A stretch of 64,000 bases of DNA from Eledone cirrhosa (Eukaryota). The position numbers and the translations under genes were made by a program. Positions within the stretch are counted from its first letter, which is position 1. Each line of letters opens with the position of its first letter. The stretch lies in NCBI GenBank assembly GCA_964016885.1, contig OZ024756.1, positions 20,646,001-20,710,000 of the forward strand, read 5' to 3'. Positions 35,401 through 48,700 of this stretch are shown in pieces. A model generated the notes under the pieces. That model ran no database searches and was not told where the DNA came from. It was given only the letters and a program-made list of their open reading frames with translations.

Positions 35401-36880
35401 CACATGTGCAAGTCCACGATGATGACTCAGATGTTCCACTCCACTTTGATGATGTCACTGATGTCCTACTCCACTTCCCTGTTGTCACTGATGTCTCACT
35501 CCACCTTGATGTCAGATGTTTCACTTCACGTTGATGATGTCACTGGGGTCCCACTCCAGTTTGCTGTTGTGACAAATATTCCACTCCAAATCCTTGGACC
35601 TCCATCAGAATGTTCAGCAGTTACCAATCAGAGATGCTACACCAGGTGGCAGTTGGTATCCACAGCCCTTTAACTTCATCTGGTTGACTGTCCATAATAT
35701 GTAATACTTCACCTGAAATGAAAGAAACAGAAACTCTCCACCTCTCAAGTTACACAACTTGAATTATCACCACTCCATTGGCTTCTTGTCATCAGTTGTT
35801 TCAATCCATCTTGATGTCACAGATGTTCCATTCCACCGTGATGTTACAGATGTTCCATTCCACCTTGATGTCACAGATGTCCCACTCCTCCTTGATGATG
35901 TCAGATGTTCCACCCCTCCTTGATGATGTCAGATGTTCCATCCCACCTTGATGTCACAGATGTTCCATTCCACCTTGATGTCACAGATGTCCCATTCCAC
36001 CTTGATGATGTCACAGATGTCCCACCCCACCTTGATGATGTCACTGATGTCCTACTTCACCTTGCTGTTGTCACAGATGTCTTAATCCACCTTGATGATG
36101 TCACAGATGTCTCAATCCACCTTGATGTCACAAATGTCTCAATCCACCTTGATGTCACAAATGTCTCAATCCACCTTGATGTTGTCACAAATGTCTCAAT
36201 CCACCTTGATGTTGTCACAAATGTCCCACTCCACTTTGATGTTATCACAGATGTTTCACTCTACCTTGATGTTATCACAGATGTCTTACTCCACATTGAT
36301 GTCACAAATGTTCCACTCCACCTTACTTTTGTCACATATGTCCCACACCTCTGTGATGTCGCCACAGATGTTTCACTCCACCTTAATGATATCACTGATG
36401 TCCGACTCCACCTCAATCACTCACAGATGTTTCCCTCCACCTTCATCTTGTCACAGATGTTCCACTCCACCTTGATGATGTCACTGATGTCCCAATCCAC
36501 CTTGCAGTTATCACAGATGTTTCACCCTATATTGATGTTATCACAAATGTCGTACTCCCCATTGATGTTGTTACAAATGTTCCACTCCACCTCAATCACT
36601 CACAAATGTTCCACTAGACTTCCCTGTTGTCACAGATGTTCCACTCCACCTTCATGATGTCACTGATGTCCCACTCCACCTCAGTCAAGTTACAGATGTC
36701 CCATTCCACCCTGATATCACAGATGAACCAGTCCACTTTTCTGTCATCACAGATGTCCCACTCCAGTTTGCTGTTGTGACAAATATCCCACTCCATTTCC
36801 CTGTTGTCACATGTCCTGCTCCATCTTGATGATATTACAGATGTCCCACTCCACCATGTTACAGATGTTCCACTCCAGTC
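32420..36880. repeat. 30-bp satellite (GTCACAGATGTCCCACTCCAACTTGCTGTT)n with 27/28/35-bp variants, in two blocks split by a duplicated unique cassette at 35585-35810
   Basis: Directly visible; repetitive 10-aa ORFs in several frames. Confidence 0.95.
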
Positions 36881-37819
36881 ACTATCTTGCTGTTTTCACA
36901 TCTCGGTCACAGATGCAATTTATTCTTGCAACCATAGTTACTCCATACTGACTGTTGTCACTGTAGATGCTCTTTCATGTTTGTATCAGATAATTAATCG
37001 CTCTTTTGTTACTATATTTCTATGGCAGATGTCCTCCTTAGTCATGTCAACTATGTTAACGACATATGCTCCTTAGTGTTGTCACCCTAAACAGATCCCA
37101 AGGTCACTAGTAGTTGTTGTCACCATATCCAAGATAAATGATACTCCTCATCTCCTTGGTCTTGTGATGGAACATCTTTGTATCTTGTTTTTGCTGTTAC
37201 CACATGTTAGTATGTTACATATTCACCATTTACCTATTATTGAAACCATGGCAGCAACATATTACATTTGTGACACTCCTGTATTGACTGTATGTCATGC
37301 AGTGGTATACTATATAGCTGCTGAAATCATATGGGCTGATTTTTCTTCCTGGTTTAATCAAGGCAGATATTTCTCTTTGGTATTGTTACTATAAACATTT
37401 GTCACAAGAACTCTTAATGGTGATACTGTATGTTAATTACAGGTATTCTCCTTGTCATGGTTACCACCATGTTGGTAGTAACCATCACTGTTCCTCTTGC
37501 TATTGTTAATATCTGCTATCTACATATGTCACTTGGTCCAACAGACACGACACAATTGCTGTTGAATGTTACTTTTGTTTTCTTAGTAAGGGTAATTTTG
37601 TTGTCACCGATAAACCCACCCAGTGCACTCTGTAAAGTAGTTGGCTATAGGAAAGATATCCAGCTGTAGAAAACCTGCCAAACGGGCCAGGAAGACTCTT
37701 TAGTTGTGTTAAAGAGATGCATGCAAACAGATGTGTGCCTCAGAAATCAGCAGCTCTACTTAAGTACTGATTTTGTTTGTGCCTAGTTTCCAGTTGACCC
37801 ATAACAATTGTCATAAATT

Positions 37820-39075
37820 TCCAGATGTTCAACCACACACATCACGAGATTTCAGATGTTCCACCACAGTTGTTACCAGTCTTCAGAAGTTCCATCCCAT
37901 TTGTTACCAGTCTTCAGATGTTCCATTGCAGTTGTTACCAGTCTTCAGATGTTCCATTGCAGTTGTTACCAGTCTTCAGATGTTCTATCACAGTTGTGAC
38001 CAGTCTCCAGATGTTCCACTTCAGTTGTTACCAGTCTTCAGATGTTCTAATACAGTTGTTACCAGTCTTCAGATGTTCTATCACCAGTTGTTACCAGTCT
38101 CCAGATGTTCCACTGCAGTTGTTACCAGTCTCCAGATGTTCCACTGCAGTTGTTACCTGTCTTCAGAAGATCCACCACACAAACATCAGATAATTCATCT
38201 TTCTGTTCTCTGTAGCTACAAGTCGTTCACACTCTCCTATATATATATCACCATTCTCCAGGAATGGCACTGCCTGGAAATAAAATAAAATAAAAAACAC
38301 AAACCTCTACCTGTCACTGTTGCAGAATCACCATCGATCAGTTACATTTCAAAATATGCTGAAGAAGTACGTCACAGCAAAAACATTCTCCCCCATATGT
38401 TTATCAAGCAGCAGATGTCGCCAGTCTCCAGATGTTCCAGCACAGTTGTTACCAGTCTTCAGATGTTCCAGCACAGTTGTTACCAGTCTTCAGATGTTCC
38501 AGCATAGTTGTTACCAGTCTTCAGATGTTCCAGCACAGTTGTTACCAGTCTTCAGATGTTCCAGCACAGTTGTTACCAGTCTTCAGATGTTCCAGCATAG
38601 TTGTTACCAGTCTTCAGATGTTCCAGCACAGTTGTTACTAGTCTTCAGATGTTACCAGTCTTCAGATGTTCCAGCATAGTTGTTACCAGTCTTCAGATGT
38701 TCCAGCACAGTTGTTACCAGTCTTCAGATGTTCCAGCATAGTTGTTACCAGTCTTCAGATGTTCCAGCATAGTTGTTACCAGTCTTCAGATGTTCCAGCA
38801 TAGTTACCAGTCTTCAGATGTTCCAGCACAGTTGTTACCAGTCTTCAGATGTTCCAGCATAGTTGTTACCAATCTTCAGATGTTCCAGCACAGTTGTTAC
38901 CAGTCTTCAGATGTTCCAGCACAGTTGTTACCAGTCTTCAGATGTTCCAACACAGTTGTTACTAGTCTTCAGATGTTCCACCACAGTTGTTACCAGTTTC
39001 CAGATGTTCCACCACAGTTGTTACCAGTCTCCAGATGTTCCACTACAGTTGTTACCAGTCTCCAGATGTCCCAGT
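37820..39075. repeat. 31-bp satellite (CAGATGTTCCAGCACAGTTGTTACCAGTCTT)n in two blocks (about 37850-38170 and 38420-39070)
   Basis: Directly visible tandem array. Confidence 0.95.
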
Positions 39076-42000
39076 TCCTAGTTGTCACTAGTTTCTTGCA
39101 AATACTCCATCAGTGTTGTATTTCAACAGTAGATCATGATCCCAACACCTTACAGTTGATGTTAAAGCTAATCACAGGTCTCCCTCTCTGTGACAAGACT
39201 GTAACAGAATCGGTGTAAAGGACACAACCTACCTCCTCTTTTTAACCATTCTCTTACACCAGCAATGATGTCAGTTTTTTTCCAAGTGTTTAGACTGTCA
39301 CAAATTCAGCAGAGAAACAAGTTACAAATGACAGGCCCTCTTTCCAATATTTGACATGACTTCACTCAAATTCTCCATCACAGCTGTCACCAGCATTCTT
39401 GTAGAAGCTGTCGTCAGTTTGCAGTAGATATGCTATCAAATATCTAATTAGTTTATAGCATGTTCCAACAGTCTACTTAGCTTCCAATAAACATTTCATC
39501 AATAAATGTTCAGTAAATAGTCTATCTCCCAGTCATTACCAGTTCATAGTCAATGGTTCCATCAGCTACCACCAGTGTCCAATTAAGTGAAAAATAAAAA
39601 GAAAAGATTCCCTATTTGTCAACAGATGTCAACATTTCATTAAACAGATGTCATCAATTTCCAGATGTGCCACCAATAGTTCCCAGATGTCACTCCACCA
39701 ATCTCCAATATAGTGTTACAGCTCCCAGTGTCACCAATCTCCAATAACTCCCAGATGTCATCAATCTTCAGTAGATTACAGCTCCTGATGTCACCAGTCT
39801 CTAGTAGATGTTAATGTTACAGCTCCAGATGTCACCAATCTCCAGTAGTTGTTCAACTCCCACTGTCACCAATCTTCAGATGTTATAGATGTAACCAATC
39901 TCCAGTAAATGTTACAACTTCTAGATGTCACCAATCTTCAGTAGATGTTAAGCTCCCAGATGTCTGCAATCTTCAGCAGATTTTAGTTGTCACCCATCTC
40001 CAGTAGATGTTTACAGCTCCCAATTGTCACAGTATTTCATTAAATGTTCCATCACAGCCCTTGTTTTCATGTTCTCTCTTGTATTTCAACAGTAGATAAC
40101 CACATACCTCTACACCTTACAGTTGATATCAGAAACAAATCATAGACATATTAGCTCAGTGAGACTAGCAATGATTCCATAGTTTCTGAAAATGTTCAGT
40201 CACAAAGGTCACCCCTGAATAACATTACATAAGCAGACATATATGTTACAAAAGACAGATTTGGTCAAATATTTGACAATCATAAACATTGTCATCCATT
40301 TCCACATGTTCCAACACAGTTGTCACCAGTATACAGATGTCCCCAGTCACCACCAGTTTCCATCAGATATGCAACGAACATTTTGTTTACAATAGATTTC
40401 AAATGTATATACATCTGAAAGTAAAACTAAGCAGTTTTCTGTCATTGGTGACACCATAGACAGTCACATTCCTTATTTTCAAATAGGTTTACAATTCACT
40501 GTTGATCTGTTACCAGTTACCACTTTCACTAGATGTCCAATCACCCAGTTGTCACCAATATTCTATCTCTTAGCTGTCACCATGTTTTATGAATTGTCCC
40601 ACCACACTGTAGATATTCAATCTCTCAGCTGTTACCAGGTTTTAGTAAATGTTTCACCATACCATCATCACCAATCTCCAGAAAATATTAAATCCCTCAG
40701 TTGTCACCAGGTTTTATATTAAATGCTCCAACATCCATTGTCAATATTCAATCTCTCAGCTGTCACCAGATTTTAAATGTTCCACAGTACCATTGTCACC
40801 AATCTGTAGTAGATATTAAATGTCATGCCACCAGGTTTTATTGAATATTCCACCAAACCATTATCACCCATCTCCAGAAAATATTAAATCTTTGTTGTCA
40901 CAAGTTTCTTGTAGTAGATATTCAATCTCTCAGTTGTCACCATGTTTTCAATGTTCCACCAAAGCATTGTCACCAATATTCAATAGTTATTCAATCTCTC
41001 AGCTGTCACCAAATTTTAGATGTTCCACCATACCAATGCCACCAATCTGTAGTAGATATTCAATCTATCACCTGCCACCAGTTTCTTGTAGATGTTTGTT
41101 ATCTCAGAGCTGATGTTCTCTTATCTTCTCTACCTTACAGTTGATATCAGGTCTAATCATAAAAAGTCTCTCTGAGGCAGACTGTAACACTCTTGTATCT
41201 ACCATCCAGACCAGCAGTGATGTCAGTTTCTATAAGTTTTCCCTTTAGACACAGTTTACAATGATGATTCTCCAGCTCTATATATGATACCAGCCACAAA
41301 TGACATTACTGGAAAAAAACATAAGAAAAAGTAAAAACAAACATCTACATGTCAATGTTGGATAAAAAAAACAACAAAAAAAAAAACAACAATCATCTAC
41401 CTGTTCATGTTGCAGAAATCGCCATGGGTCAATCACATCTGCAAATGTTGTGCTCAAGTTACAGATGTCATCTATTTCCAGATATTCCACCAATATCACA
41501 GAAATCAGCAATCTCCAGTAGATGTTACAGCTCCCAGATGTCACCAATCTCCAGTAGAATGTTGCAGTTCTCAGCAATCTCCAGATGTCACTAATTTCCA
41601 GATGTTACAGTATTTCATTAAATGTTCCACAATGCCATTGTAACTATTAGTTTCTTGTAGATGTTCCATCACAGCCCTGGTTGTCTACATGTTCTCTCTT
41701 GTATTTCAACAGTAGATAACCACATACGTCTACACCTTACAGTTGATATCAGGTACTAATCATAGACATTCTTTCTATCTTAGAGACAGAATTAGTGTAA
41801 AAAACACAAACCACCTCATCTATCTATAATCTAGACCAGCAATGATTTCATAGTTTCTGTAAATGTTCAGACTGTCACAAAGGTCACCACTGAATAACAT
41901 TACATAAGGTTGACTCTTATTCAGCAGACATATATTAAACAAAAGACAGACTCCATGAAATATTTGACAATCATAAACGTTGTCATCCATTTCCAGATGT

Positions 42001-42189
42001 TCCACCACAGTTGTCACCAGTCACTATAGAATGCTAGTGTGGAAAAATGGACATTAAACAGGTGACGATGATGATGTTCCACCACAGATGTCACCAGCTG
42101 CCATCAGATATGCAATCAGATATTTACAATAAATTTCAAATGTATATACACCTGAAAGTAAAACTAAGCAGTTTTCTGTCATTGGTAAC

Positions 42190-44882
42190 CAGCGCTGCCA
42201 ATGAGTGTAGGTTCATACAAAACTACGTTTTGCTCAAAATTTTGATGTGCTGAATGTTCGGACGAATTTGCTGTACGTTTTAGTGATCTTGCCATCGGTT
42301 TATAAAATTTATGTTTTGACGCATTGATTGAGTGCATTTTCAGATATGCGTGTTTCCGAGCTTCACAAGAATAAAAGCACGTGAGAATGCAGACGAGACT
42401 TGTGCATGCAAGCGCACGTTGACTTCAAGGGCGTCTGTAAATTTGGGTGAAGTATATGTCCAGTTTACCACGCCATATCTGTCAAAACGCAGGAATTCTT
42501 CTCACAAACTGGTGTAAAAGGTGTGAATTTTTTTCCAAAAGTTTGATAGATTAGATTTAATTTTACAGAGCTAATTTATACAACCACGCCATATCAGTCT
42601 GAACACAAAAGCAGAATTCTTATAACCTACAGTGTGAACGGTATGAGATGTTTTTAATAGTTTAATTAATTCAAATAAATCATATGAATCAGATATGAGT
42701 GATGGAACTGTGAAACGAGAACATTCTTCAGATAATGAACATAAAGCAGCAGATAAGAATAAGGCTAGATAGGCATCGTATGAAAGTAAGCTGCCGTCCA
42801 AATTATTGTACGATCAAAAATTTTTTTCGTTGGAAGTGGGCAAGAACGATACAACTGAAGGCAAATGCATATTATGCAAATGTGAAATTGCCGACAGTTT
42901 GAGTCAAATTTTACGACATGGACAGAAAAGCACCGCAAGAATGCAAAAGGCGCGAACAAAGCAACAAAATTGACAAATTTTATCCAAGCCTCTTCGTTTT
43001 CTTCACTCCAGAAAAGTAGTATCTGCTGAATTAAAGTACTGTGCATTTGTTGTTGAGCATAATCTACCCATCTCCATTTTGGACCACTTGCCTGGCCTTG
43101 TTGTAAACGCCTGTCCTGATTCTAAAATCGCCCAGGATGTGAAGTGTGCCAGAACAAAAGGCACATCCATCTTTTCAAACGTCATCAGCCCCTATGGCTT
43201 CAACACTTTATTAAAGAAGCTTCATTCGACAAAATTCTCCCTCATCATCGATGAAACAACTGATGTTTCAACACTTAAACAACTCGTTCTTGTATCCAGA
43301 TATTACGACGTTGAAATTCAAAAGACTGTTGACGATTTTCTAACGCTTATGGAAATAAATGATTGCAGTGTTGTGGGTATTTACAACTGTCTTCTATCGT
43401 TTTTCAACGAACACGCTATTCCTTTGGAAAATTTGATAGGTTTCGCCTGTGATAATGCGAGTGTTATGAGATGGGCAGCAAAGGAGGCGTCCAGCATTTG
43501 TTGAAGCAGACGAGACCAGATCCACTTGTGCAAGCCTGTGTTTGTCATTCATTACACTTATTGTTCATCAAAAGCGTGCAATGAATTACCAAATTCCGTG
43601 GAAGAATTGACAAGAAGTATTTATGCATACTTTAGTCACAGTCCTAAGCGGATCAATGAATACAAAGGTCTGCAGTAAATAGCTTCAATTGATCCTCACA
43701 AAATCTTGCATGCAAGCTGCACGAGGTGGCTGTCTCTCAAGCAAGTTGTGGAGCGCATTTTAGAGCAGTGGCCAGCATTGCTGGCATATTTCACCCAAGC
43801 AACATTGGAGGGTGGGTGTCCATCTACGGCTCGAAGAATTCTCACTGAAATGAAGAATCCTCTTACAAAGATGTATTTTACATCTTTTATTTTAAATGAC
43901 GTCAACAAACTTAATCTGGAATTCCAGGCCGAAAGCTATTGGATGCATAAACTCAAAAGAGCAATCAACGCTGGAATGAAGGGAATTTTGAGCAATTTCA
44001 TTAAACCTGATTTACTTTCTGCCATCAATGTGTGTGAGATTAATGTCAACGATTCAACGGCACACCAACCATTAGATCGTATCTATTTTGATGCTGTAGC
44101 TGAGAGCATTTTACACGACAATTCTACAACCATTGCCCTTGATGAATTGCTGACCTTCCAACAGAATATACTACGATTCTTTGTTTGTTTTTCAAACCAA
44201 ATGCTAATGCGGCTTTTGTCTTGCACTATGCAGAACAATTTGGAACTACTTGAGGCGTTAGACTCAACCAATGTGGAGAGAAGGCCAAAGTCAATAATTC
44301 CACTTGTTATGCGATTTTCAAGTCTTTGTGATGAGAAAGATTACGAAGAGATAAATCAGGAATGGCGCCACCTGACGATTCAAGTTTCTTCCTTCATCCC
44401 GCACAACGATCCAGAAAAATTTTGGTTTGCTGTCTCACAAGAGAAGTGTGGCGATGAGAACCGTTACCCTCTGCTGTCATCTCTTATGCTTAGTCTTCTT
44501 TCTTTACCCCACTCCTCCACAGCGGCTGAAAGAATTTTCTCTGTTCTCCAGTCTATTAAAACAAAGAATCGAAATTGTTTGAAAACTTCCACTCTTAACG
44601 CTCTTGTTAGGTCAAAACATTTGCTACGACATGCCGACTGCATGACGTGGGAGCCCGATGAACATCTTTGCAAAGCATTATTTGAAAAAAATTGGTACAA
44701 CAGAGAATCTGCTCAGGAAGATGACGTTTCTTTTTGATGCCCTTATGTTTAAATTGTCAATAAATGTTAACTTCAAAAATATGTATAAAAAGAATGTTTT
44801 TAATTGTAATTGGGGGATTTAGTAAAATTCTGTACGTTTTGGTCAGATGCTGTACGTTTTGAAAAAACTTTCGGCAGCGCTG
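42190..44882 (+). mobile_element. Full-length but decayed hAT DNA transposon (2693 bp)
   Basis: 10-bp TIRs CAGCGCTGCC / GGCAGCGCTG; exact 8-bp TSD TTGGTAAC at 42182-42189 and 44883-44890; subterminal TACGTTTT repeats at both ends; composition distinct from flanks. Confidence 0.96.
42695..44737 (+). pseudogene. hAT transposase pseudogene (ZBED/ZNF862-like), with frameshifts and stops
   Basis: Motifs FSLIIDETTDVS, GFACDNASVM, CVCHSL, TRWLS and LSLPHSSTAAERIFS (hATC dimerisation domain) are spread over ORFs 43079-43504, 43706-44737 and the broken frames between; BED-finger remnant CILCKCE near 42866. Confidence 0.92.
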
Positions 44883-45719
44883 TTGGTAACACCACGGACA
44901 GACACATTCACTTATTTTTAAATAAGTTAATTTGCTGTTGATCTCAGTTACCACTTTCACCATTATCCAATCCCTTAGCTGTCACCATGTTTTATCAAAT
45001 GTTCAACCATACTGTTGTCACCAATCTAGTAAATATTCAATCTCTCAGCTGTCACCAAATTTTAAATGTTCCGCCATCCTGTTGTCACCTATCTGTAGTA
45101 GATATTCCATCTGTCATCTGCCACTAGTTTCTTGTAGATGTTACCTCAGAGATGTTGTTCTCTTATCTTCTCTACTTTACAGTTGATATCAGGTCTAATC
45201 ATAAAAAGTCTCTCTGAGACTGCAATACTCTTGTATCCATCATCCAGACCAGCGGTGATGTCAGTGACTTCCAAAGAGGTCACCTCTAAATAATAATTAT
45301 ATGATGAGGTTGACACTAATTAACAAATCACAAATGAAGGACTTTTTCACATATTTGACATGTTTTCACTCATAGGGAGTTATCCTCAGTTTTCAGATGT
45401 TCCAATCATCAAATTCTATATATTCTATTTCAAAAATGTAACCAGCTCAGTTCAGTTCTGTATTCCCTTTAGACAAGTTTACAATGATAAATCTCCACCT
45501 GTATATGTTATACCAGCCACGAATAACATTGCTGGAAAAAAAAAAAAAAAAAAAAAAAGTAAAAACCAACACCTACATGTCAATGTTGTACGGAAATATA
45601 TATTAAAAAAAAAAAAAAAATTATCTACCTGTTTATGTTCCAGAAATCACCATGGGTCAATCAGATCTCCAAATGTGCGCAAGCCACAGCAAGAATTGTC
45701 ACCAATCTCCTCTAAACAT

Positions 45720-48700
45720 TCCACCACAGTCACCAATGTGCTGTAGATGTTCCACAACAGAGTTGTCATCAATGTCTTCTTGAAGATGCTTTATCACAGT
45801 TGTCACCAATGCCTTTTAGATATCCCACACAGTTGTCACCTGTTTCCAGTAGATGGCCCACCACTGAGTTTCATAAATTTCCATTCCTCATTTAAGGATA
45901 CTGCCCAAAACACCTAAAAATGCAATAAAACATACCTCCACATCTTGTTCCTTAAGTCAGCTTCTAAATGTCTCCACTTTTTCCTTCACAGATGTCAGCA
46001 GTTGTCTTGTAGATATTCTACCACACAGTTGTCACCAATGTTTTGATGTTCCACCACAGTTGTCACCAATGTTTTGATGTTCCACCACAGTTGTCACCAA
46101 TGTTTTGATGTTCCACCACACAGTTGTCACCAATGTTTTGATGTTCCACCTCACAGTTGTCACCAATGTCTTGTAGATGTTCCATCACACTGTTTGTCTT
46201 TACTTCTTCCTTCACGGGTGTCGTCAGATTTCAGCAATTTTTAGTCGATGTTTTATCACATAGTTGTCAAATGTCCTGTCAATATTCTGCCACATAATTA
46301 TCATTTTTCTTCAGTAGATGTTGGTGCCGCATCACACAATTGCCAAGAGATTTCACTAGATGTTTTATCCCCCTCAGTATCAGGTCCCTGTAGATGTTTC
46401 ACCATACAGTTGTCACCAATATCTTGTAGATGGTCCATCACACAGTTGTCAGTAATGTCTTGCAGATGTTCTATCACACAGTTGTCACCAATGTCTTGTA
46501 GTTGTTCCATCACACAGCTGTCAATCAGCAGATGTCACACCATTCAGCTTCATAAAATTTCTATGATCATTGAGATACCACCAACACACCAGAAAATGAA
46601 ACAAAACATACACCCACCGCTTGCTTCTTCTTTAAACCAGCTTCATCACCAATGTCCTGTAGATGTTCCACCATTCAGTTGTCATAAATGTCCTGCAGAT
46701 GTTTCACTATTCAGTTGTCATAAATGTCTTGTAGATGTTCCACCATTCAGTTGTCATAAATGTCTTGTAGATGTTCCACCACCTAACTTCATAAGTTTCC
46801 AATGTCTTGTAGATCTTGCACCACAATGTTGTCAGTCAGCAGATGCACCAGCACTCAGCTTCATAAATGTGCAATCATCAAGTAGAGACACTACCAACAC
46901 ACCTGAAAATGAAACAAGACATACCTCCACATCTTGTTCCTTAAGTCAACTTCTTAATGTCTCCATTTTCACAGTTGTCACCTTACTTGTCACTTGTCTC
47001 CAGTAGGTGTTACACCAAACAGCTCACACAAGCTTCTATCTGATATTCCACTACTAACAACACAGTTGGTAATAAAGCAAAACATACCTCCACTTCCTTC
47101 TCTCGTCAGCATATTAAAGTCTCCAGATAGTACAACCACACAGTTTTCACATATATCTTGGACATGTTCCACCACATATTGTCACCAATGTCTTGTAGAT
47201 CTTCTGTTACAATCTTTTCACCAATGTCCTGTAGATGCTTCATCACCATTGTAATAAATACCTTGTAGATGTTACTGCTTCATATATTTCCATTTATCAT
47301 TGACACACCTGGAAATGAAAGACATTCCTCCACCCTCTTGTTCCATAATTCAGCTTCTTAATGTTTCCTCTTCGTCCTTCACATTTGCCACCAAATTCCA
47401 GCAGTTTTTAGCTCATGTTCAACCATACAGATGCCACAAATGTCCTGTAGATATTCTGTCACATAGTTGCCACTCAAGAACACTGCTCATTGACAATGAA
47501 GCAAAACATACTTCCATTTCTTTCTCACTTGATGTTCCTTCATAATTGTCACCAATGTCATGTAGATGTTCCATCACACAGCTGTCACAAATGTCTTGAC
47601 GATCTTCCTTCATAATTGTCACCAATGTCTTCCAGATCTTCCACCATAGTTGTCACCAATATCCTGTAGATCTTCCACCACACAGCTATCACCAATGTCT
47701 TGTAGATGTTCCATCACCCAGTTGTCACCAATGTCATGTAGATGTTCAACCATAGTTGTCACCAATATCTTGTAGATCTTCTACCACACAGCTATCACCA
47801 ATATCCTGTAGATCTTCTACAACACAGCTATCACCAATGTCTTGTAAATGTTCCATCACCCAGTTGTCACCATTGTCTTGTAGCTTCCTATATTTCCATT
47901 CATCATCCAGCAACACCACTAACACACCTGAAAATCAAACAAAACATACCTCCACCTTTTGTTCTTTAAAACAGCTCCTTAATGCCTCCATTTCTTCCTT
48001 TAGGTGCCACATCACACAATTGCCAAGAGATTTCACTAGATGTTCTATCCCACTCAGTACCAGGTCCCTGTAGATGTTTAATCAGACTGTCACCAATGTT
48101 TTGTAGATGCTCTATCACAGGTGTCACCAATGTTGTCCACATGTTCCACCACACAGTTGTCATTAACGTCCTGTAGATTTTCCATCACATATTTGTCACC
48201 AATGTCCAGTAGATGTTCCATCACAGCTGTCACCAATGTCACGATATTCCATCACACAGCTGTCAGTCAGCAGATGTCCCACCACTCAGCTTCATAAATT
48301 TCCATTTATCATTGAGAGATACCAACACACCTGAAAACCAAACAAGACATACTTCCACTCTTTTGTCCCTTAAGTCAGCTTCTTAATGGCTCTATTTATG
48401 CCTTGACAGTTGCCACCAGATTCCAGCAGTTTTTAGTTTATGTTCCATCACATAGTTGTAAAAAATGTCCTGTAGATATTGTCACTTCCCAGTAGATGTT
48501 ACACCAAACAACTCACACAAACTTCCATTTCATATTCTATCACAGTTCTCACAGCTTCAAATTCACCAGGAAATGTTCCACCATACATTTCTATTTATCA
48601 TACAATGCCATAAACCTGAAAATGAAGCAAAACATACCTCCATTTCAGTTCGTTCTCTCTTGTCAACATATTAAAAGCCCCAGATGTTCCTTCAGACAGT

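Larger units (their letters stand above)
39100..45720. repeat. Diverged tandem segmental duplication (about 1.6-kb units) of degenerate satellite plus unique modules
   Basis: About 40020-41590 parallels 41600-45720 once the hAT is removed; the CCTTACAGTTGATATCAG-type module recurs near 39148, 40115, 41133, 41735, 45175. Confidence 0.8.

Noticed and set aside
32377-36657. Long repetitive ORFs (VVTDVPLQLA, MSHSNLLSSQ, EWDICDNSKL) as a structural protein gene
   Set aside because: Several frames on both strands are open only because the monomer is 30 bp and stop-poor; 28- and 35-bp variants shift frames often; no signal peptide or recognisable domain.
43706-44737. 343-aa ORF as a domesticated ZBED/ZNF862-like host gene
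   Set aside because: Enclosed by TIRs and a TSD, and the upstream catalytic portion is frameshifted with stops, so it is a dead transposase.
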